DNA from: an uncultured delta proteobacterium
Lineage (GTDB): Bacteria; Desulfobacterota; RBG-13-43-22
Reading direction: 5' to 3'
Length of the DNA stretch: 64,000 nucleotides
Assembly (NCBI GenBank): GCA_963802945.1
Contig: CAWDKY010000025.1
Location: 1-64,000 of the forward strand
The notes beneath the pieces were generated by a model. The model made no database searches. It was not told the DNA's origin and saw only the letters and a program-made list of their open reading frames with translations. This document shows positions 59,661 through 64,000 of the stretch, piece after piece (position 1 is the first letter of the stretch; each line of letters begins with the position of its first letter). Made by a program: the position numbers and the translations under genes.

Positions 59661-60425
59661 ATGTCTTTTTTAGAAAAGAACGGTGTAAAGATTTTTTATG
59701 AAGTCAACGGGGCGGCCAGCGATAAGACCCCGGTTTTATTAACCCACGGTTACTCAGCGACGTCGGAGATGTGGCAGCCAAATCTGGAGGCCCTCAGCGC
59801 CCGGCGGCAGGTTATCACTTGGGATATTCGGGGACACGGACGCAGTGATTCACCGGAGGACCAATCAATGTATTCAGAGGAGTTAAGCGTGGCCGATATG
59901 GACGCCATACTCGATGCCGTTGGCATCAATAGGGCGGTGGTGGGTGGCCTGTCCCTGGGAGGCTACCTGTCCCTGGCCTTTCATCTTCGCCATCCGAAAC
60001 GGGTCGCAGCTTTGATGCTGTTTGACACTGGCCCTGGTTTCAAACGGGACGAACCGCGGGAAGCCTGGAACCGCACGGCTGAGGCGACTGCTGTGGGTTA
60101 CGAGACCCGTGGACTCGATGCCCTGCCCAACCGCCCTGAAGTGGGCCGGTCCACGCATTACAGCGCCGCCGGTTTGGCGAAAGCGGCCAGAGGGATACTC
60201 GCTCAGCATGATGCCAGCGTCATTGAGTCGCTTTCGACCATTGCCGTTCCGACACTGGTGGTGGTCGGGGCGCTCGATAACCCTTTCCTGGCTGCGACGG
60301 ACTATATGGCCACTAAAATACCTGATGCAATTAAGTCCATTATCAACGATGCCGGTCATGCTTCCAACATCGACCAGCCTGAAGAATTCAATCGGGGCGT
60401 CCTTGATTTTCTGGAACGAGTTTAA
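59661..60425 (+). CDS. Alpha/beta fold hydrolase
   Basis: LTHG, DIRGHGRS, GLSLGG nucleophile elbow, GALD, AGH. Confidence 0.9.
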   Translation: MSFLEKNGVKIFYEVNGAASDKTPVLLTHGYSATSEMWQPNLEALSARRQVITWDIRGHGRSDSPEDQSMYSEELSVADMDAILDAVGINRAVVGGLSLGGYLSLAFHLRHPKRVAALMLFDTGPGFKRDEPREAWNRTAEATAVGYETRGLDALPNRPEVGRSTHYSAAGLAKAARGILAQHDASVIESLSTIAVPTLVVVGALDNPFLAATDYMATKIPDAIKSIINDAGHASNIDQPEEFNRGVLDFLERV

Positions 60426-60460
60426 GATCCCCAATGGTCAAAAAGAAAATTCTTGTAAGA

Positions 60461-60871
60461 CTATTTTGTGTTTTTCGATGTTGGTCCATGAGGTAGAAAA
60501 AGAACTATCAGGGTAATGGCGGCCACAACAATGGCAATCAGGTAAAGGCCGGCTCCAACCGCCAATCCGATGCCTGCTGTCGCCCAAATCGCTGCGGCAG
60601 TAGTCAGCCCTTCAACCCCTCCATGTCGGTGCAATATGGCCCCTGCTCCCAGAAAACCGATGCCGGTGACAATGCCGGAGGCAATCCTTGAAGGGTCGCC
60701 GCCAACGAAACCCATTTCGGAAATGATGGCAAACAGGGCTGACCCGACGGAAATCAGAGGCAGCGTCCTGACACCAGCCGGTTTATCCTTCCACTCCCTC
60801 TGAAGACCAATGACAAAACCAAGGGCAGCGGCGACCAACAGTCGAAGGATCATTTCCATTTCTTGAGACAT
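60461..60871 (-). CDS. MgtC/SapB family protein
   Basis: IGLQRE..KPAGVRT, DPSRIASGIVTGIGFLGAG, GLTTAAAIW. Confidence 0.9.
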   Translation of the reverse strand: MSQEMEMILRLLVAAALGFVIGLQREWKDKPAGVRTLPLISVGSALFAIISEMGFVGGDPSRIASGIVTGIGFLGAGAILHRHGGVEGLTTAAAIWATAGIGLAVGAGLYLIAIVVAAITLIVLFLPHGPTSKNTK

Positions 60872-60946
60872 GGACCTCCTTTATATTCCTTTATATTCCT
60901 TGAGGATTTTTTAGCTAATTCAACAAGGTCCTCATTGGCTTTGGGG

Positions 60947-61236
60947 TTATCTGGTAAGATTTAATTCGCCTTTAATTTTATCGGAAAGCCAGTGGCGGAT
61001 TAAAGTCTGATAGGGAATGGATTTTGTAACCGCCATTTTTCGTATCATCTGGATCTGAAGGGGGTCCATTTTGATGGTCAAATTTTTAAGCCTTCTCACC
61101 CGTTCCCGGAAAGGATCTCTTTCTGAAGCCTATCATCCAAACTGAAATGAACGGGTTCTTCTAAAAGCTCGTTAAGAATATCCCCTCGCTCATAATACTC
61201 GGGCCAGTCTTTGTTCGTCGCTTTTCTTTTGGACAA
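60947..61236 (-). pseudogene. CopG/BrnA-like antitoxin, frameshifted near 61105
   Basis: Manual translation MSKRKATNKDWPEYYE.../LKNLTIKMDP..IRKMAVTKSIPYQTLIRHWL. Confidence 0.65.
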
Positions 61237-61291
61237 TTTATTTTCTCTTATTCTCAGATTGATCTTGTTGCTTTTCTCTTTCTCGGGAGGT

Positions 61292-61555
61292 CTATTGGGT
61301 TTTGGCTTCTTTTTCTTTTTTGACTCGATCGTAAAGCCAGACCTTCATCAAAGCCCCTCGATCAACACCGATGGATTCCCGGATTGCATCGATTTCTTTA
61401 ACTAAGGATTGGCTGATATCCAAGGTGATACGAACTTTTTTGGCCGGCTTATTGATAATCACCTTGGATATATCAATAAGTTGATGAATGTCTTCGCCTT
61501 GGTCAAACCTTTGATCAAACTCTTCATTGGTTTGGGCTAATTTTTTCTTTTTCAT
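61292..61555 (-). CDS. BrnA/CopG-family antitoxin
   Basis: EEFDQRFDQGEDI, RITLDI, GVDRGALMKVWL; overlaps toxin. Confidence 0.8.
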   Translation of the reverse strand: MKKKKLAQTNEEFDQRFDQGEDIHQLIDISKVIINKPAKKVRITLDISQSLVKEIDAIRESIGVDRGALMKVWLYDRVKKEKEAKTQ

Positions 61556-61805
61556 ACAATTTTTTCTCCTCTTTTCGAGAACGTCTCACCGAAATAATCC
61601 TAATCGTCTCATTTCTTATTGTATAGATAGCCGTCCATAAATGATTACGGAGATTTCCGATCAGAATGAAACGATTTTCCAGTGGATATGGTGCTTCAAT
61701 TTCTATTCGGTCAGGATCTTCCCAAAGCATCCTGGCCGAATAGAAATCAATCCCGTGCTTTTCCCGGTTAAGTCCCCTCTTGATGGGATCCCAATCAAAA
61801 TTCAT
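61524..61805 (-). CDS. BrnT-family toxin
   Basis: FDWDPIK..NREKHGIDF, IRIISVRRSRKEE. Confidence 0.88.
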   Translation of the reverse strand: MNFDWDPIKRGLNREKHGIDFYSARMLWEDPDRIEIEAPYPLENRFILIGNLRNHLWTAIYTIRNETIRIISVRRSRKEEKKLYEKEKISPNQ

Positions 61806-61858
61806 GGGAATATTATACATATTTTGTACAAAATTGCAAAAGATAAATTAGGTCTGAC

Positions 61859-64000
61859 CTATGCCTTCAGTATCTCCTTGTGCCGGAGGGCGCGTTCAAG
61901 ATAGGTGTTCATCTTCATGTCGCGGAACTCGGGGATGACGAAGTCCAGGTGGGCGATGGCTTCTGACTTCTCCTGCGGAAAGTGCTTCAGCAGCAATTCC
62001 GCAAGTTCAAGACGGCTGAGGGCCAACTCCGGCCGGAACCTCATCTCTGTGCAAATTCTGATGGCTTCCTGGTAGTGCTGGTGGGCTTCATCATATCTCT
62101 CCAGCAGGGCCGCCGCCCCGCCCATGTGGCGGGGGATGCAGGTGGGAAAGAAAATGCCATTTGTAACCACGCCGGTACCGGCGAAGCGCTTCAGCAGCAG
62201 TTCGGCCGCTGGTTTATAAGAGGTCAACACAGCAGCCTCGAAAAAAGGGGGGTCCACAAAATTAGGTGTCTCATCTTCATCCGTACCAATAAAAGGGCGC
62301 CTCACCACCCCTTGTTTCAATAATTCTATTGCCTCCTCTTTCCTTCCAAGATGAGCCAATACCAGGCAAAGCAATGAAGTTGGCCCTTGACTTGCAATAA
62401 AAAGGCGGAGACGACGTTCAAGGTCCTCAAGAGACCTGCCCAGATATAACAGGGCTCTATTCCCAGTCAAGCCGGCTGTTATAATGGCACTTTGGAGCAT
62501 ACCGGCTTCTTCACCTTTGGAGCGTATCTCTCGGGCTGTATCTAACGCCTCTTCTATTCGGCCATCCATAAGCTGCAGTAGCGCATCCATTCCTAAGGAC
62601 CCAACCAAAAGGTTAGTCAGCCGTGTGCGTTTGGCTATGTCTCGTAGCTCTGTCCAAACCTCCTCCGCTTTTTGCCGTCTTCCTAAAGCGAGAAAGGTAC
62701 TACCAGCCGATGCCAAAAATCCACCCCTAAGATATGCTTTCACTCTTGGGTTTGACACTTCTATTAACTCTTCGGCAAGTTTTGCGTTCTCTTGAGCGTG
62801 CTTGGGTGCCGTCCGATAGGTTAATAGCATATAAGCTCCTGCCAATAAATTATTTGGGTCATTTTGATTTCGTGCCAAATCAAATCCCTTGGTCAGGAGC
62901 TTGATCCCCAAAAGCATATTTCCTGTAGAGTAGGTTATAGCCCCGAGAGTCATGTCCGCAAGGGCTCTCCCTAAGGTGTCAGGACTGGTATGACGATCGG
63001 CTCGTTCAGCCCACTCCGCTGTTTGAGGAGTGGCAACCCCCGGGCCGGCTTGTTCGCCATTAATGGCCCATAACGCGGACTCACAGACACGAAAAGCTCG
63101 TGAACTATCCTTAAGTGCTTCGGCAAGTGCAAAGGCCTCCGGGGCCACTTCGTCCTGAATACGTTTGAATTCCACGGCTAAAAGTAAGGCATCGCATAAG
63201 TCCAAAAGCAGGTCGCATCTTTTCGCCTTGTCCTCCGGGTCCAGGATTTCCTGGACCTTGATGGCCTGGTCAAGGAGTTTTACAGCCTCTCCGTAAGCAT
63301 AAACGGCCGTTGCCCTCTTAGCCGCCATCTCCCCATAGTTCACTGCTTTCGTCAGGTCGGCGGGATCGGATGAATAAGAGAAATGCTCGGCCAGCTCCGC
63401 CGCATGCTCCTCCAGCCGTGCCTTGTACACTTCCTCCAAGGCCCTTGCCACCTGCTGGTGCAGCCGGATACGGCGTGGGGCAATAATCTCTTCATAGAGT
63501 GTCTGGCGAAAGAAGGCATGGGCAAAGCGATAGTTGACGGTAGCTCCCACACCGGTCCTCTCTTCTATCACTGCCGCCTTCCTGGCTTCCTCCAGGGCTT
63601 TAAAGATTTCTTCATCGGTCATCCCGGCGACCTTCTGCAAGACCTCCAGCCGGAAGTCCCGACCAATGACCGCCGCCACGGCCAGCACCTTGTTACATGA
63701 TTCGCTTAAGCTGGAAAGACGCTTGCCGATGACATCCCTCAGTCCGTCCGGGATGCGCATCTCCACCGGAGTGTCGCCTTTGGTCTGCCAGCGCCCTTGC
63801 TCCCGGGAGATGACACCCTCTTCCGCCAGGTAACGCACCACCTCCTGAACAAAGAGGGGATTGCCTTCGGTCTGGCGGTGCACGGCTTCGGCCAGTCCCC
63901 AGGGCACCTCCTGCCCGGCGATGCTGGAAAGCATCCTTCTGACCTCATCGGCATTAAGACCTCTTAGGAGAACACGCCCGAAGTTGGGCAAACGTCTTAA
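61859..64000 (-). CDS. STAND-like AAA ATPase/TPR-like regulator, C-terminal part (5' end outside window)
   Basis: TEGNPLFVQE, IGKRLSSL, AAVIGRDF, YRFAHA, LAEHF; frame open to window edge (LRRLPNF). Confidence 0.8.
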   Translation of the reverse strand, partial: LRRLPNFGRVLLRGLNADEVRRMLSSIAGQEVPWGLAEAVHRQTEGNPLFVQEVVRYLAEEGVISREQGRWQTKGDTPVEMRIPDGLRDVIGKRLSSLSESCNKVLAVAAVIGRDFRLEVLQKVAGMTDEEIFKALEEARKAAVIEERTGVGATVNYRFAHAFFRQTLYEEIIAPRRIRLHQQVARALEEVYKARLEEHAAELAEHFSYSSDPADLTKAVNYGEMAAKRATAVYAYGEAVKLLDQAIKVQEILDPEDKAKRCDLLLDLCDALLLAVEFKRIQDEVAPEAFALAEALKDSSRAFRVCESALWAINGEQAGPGVATPQTAEWAERADRHTSPDTLGRALADMTLGAITYSTGNMLLGIKLLTKGFDLARNQNDPNNLLAGAYMLLTYRTAPKHAQENAKLAEELIEVSNPRVKAYLRGGFLASAGSTFLALGRRQKAEEVWTELRDIAKRTRLTNLLVGSLGMDALLQLMDGRIEEALDTAREIRSKGEEAGMLQSAIITAGLTGNRALLYLGRSLEDLERRLRLFIASQGPTSLLCLVLAHLGRKEEAIELLKQGVVRRPFIGTDEDETPNFVDPPFFEAAVLTSYKPAAELLLKRFAGTGVVTNGIFFPTCIPRHMGGAAALLERYDEAHQHYQEAIRICTEMRFRPELALSRLELAELLLKHFPQEKSEAIAHLDFVIPEFRDMKMNTYLERALRHKEILKA

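Overview
64-kb window from a probably anaerobic Desulfobacterota-like (deltaproteobacterial) genome; taxonomy is inferred from gene content only. In order: a Liv-type ABC transporter with two family III CoA-transferases; tRNA-Pro; a purine/adenosine salvage cluster (PfkB kinase, two MtaD-like deaminases, NUDIX-PNP fusion); a complex I-like operon without NuoEFG but with four antiporter-like subunits and a small Fe-S protein; ribF; tRNA-Leu with an integrase scar and a UbiA/CruF-like gene pair; two GAPDHs around a ~1400-aa dikinase lacking the pyruvate domain; housekeeping genes (thyA-like, rlmN, hisI, hisG, engB, nrdJ with NrdR boxes, tatD, trxC); a BrnT/BrnA toxin-antitoxin pair; and a partial STAND-like ATPase. 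The most notable structure is an ISCR/IS91-like rolling-circle element (single-Tyr HUH transposase) that carries a cargo gene and lies between 181-bp perfect direct repeats of a housekeeping gene's 5' end. Two deleted mini-copies keep the element's end and an outward sigma70 promoter in front of other genes. Many single-base frameshifts, mostly +1 in short C/G runs, look like sequencing errors.
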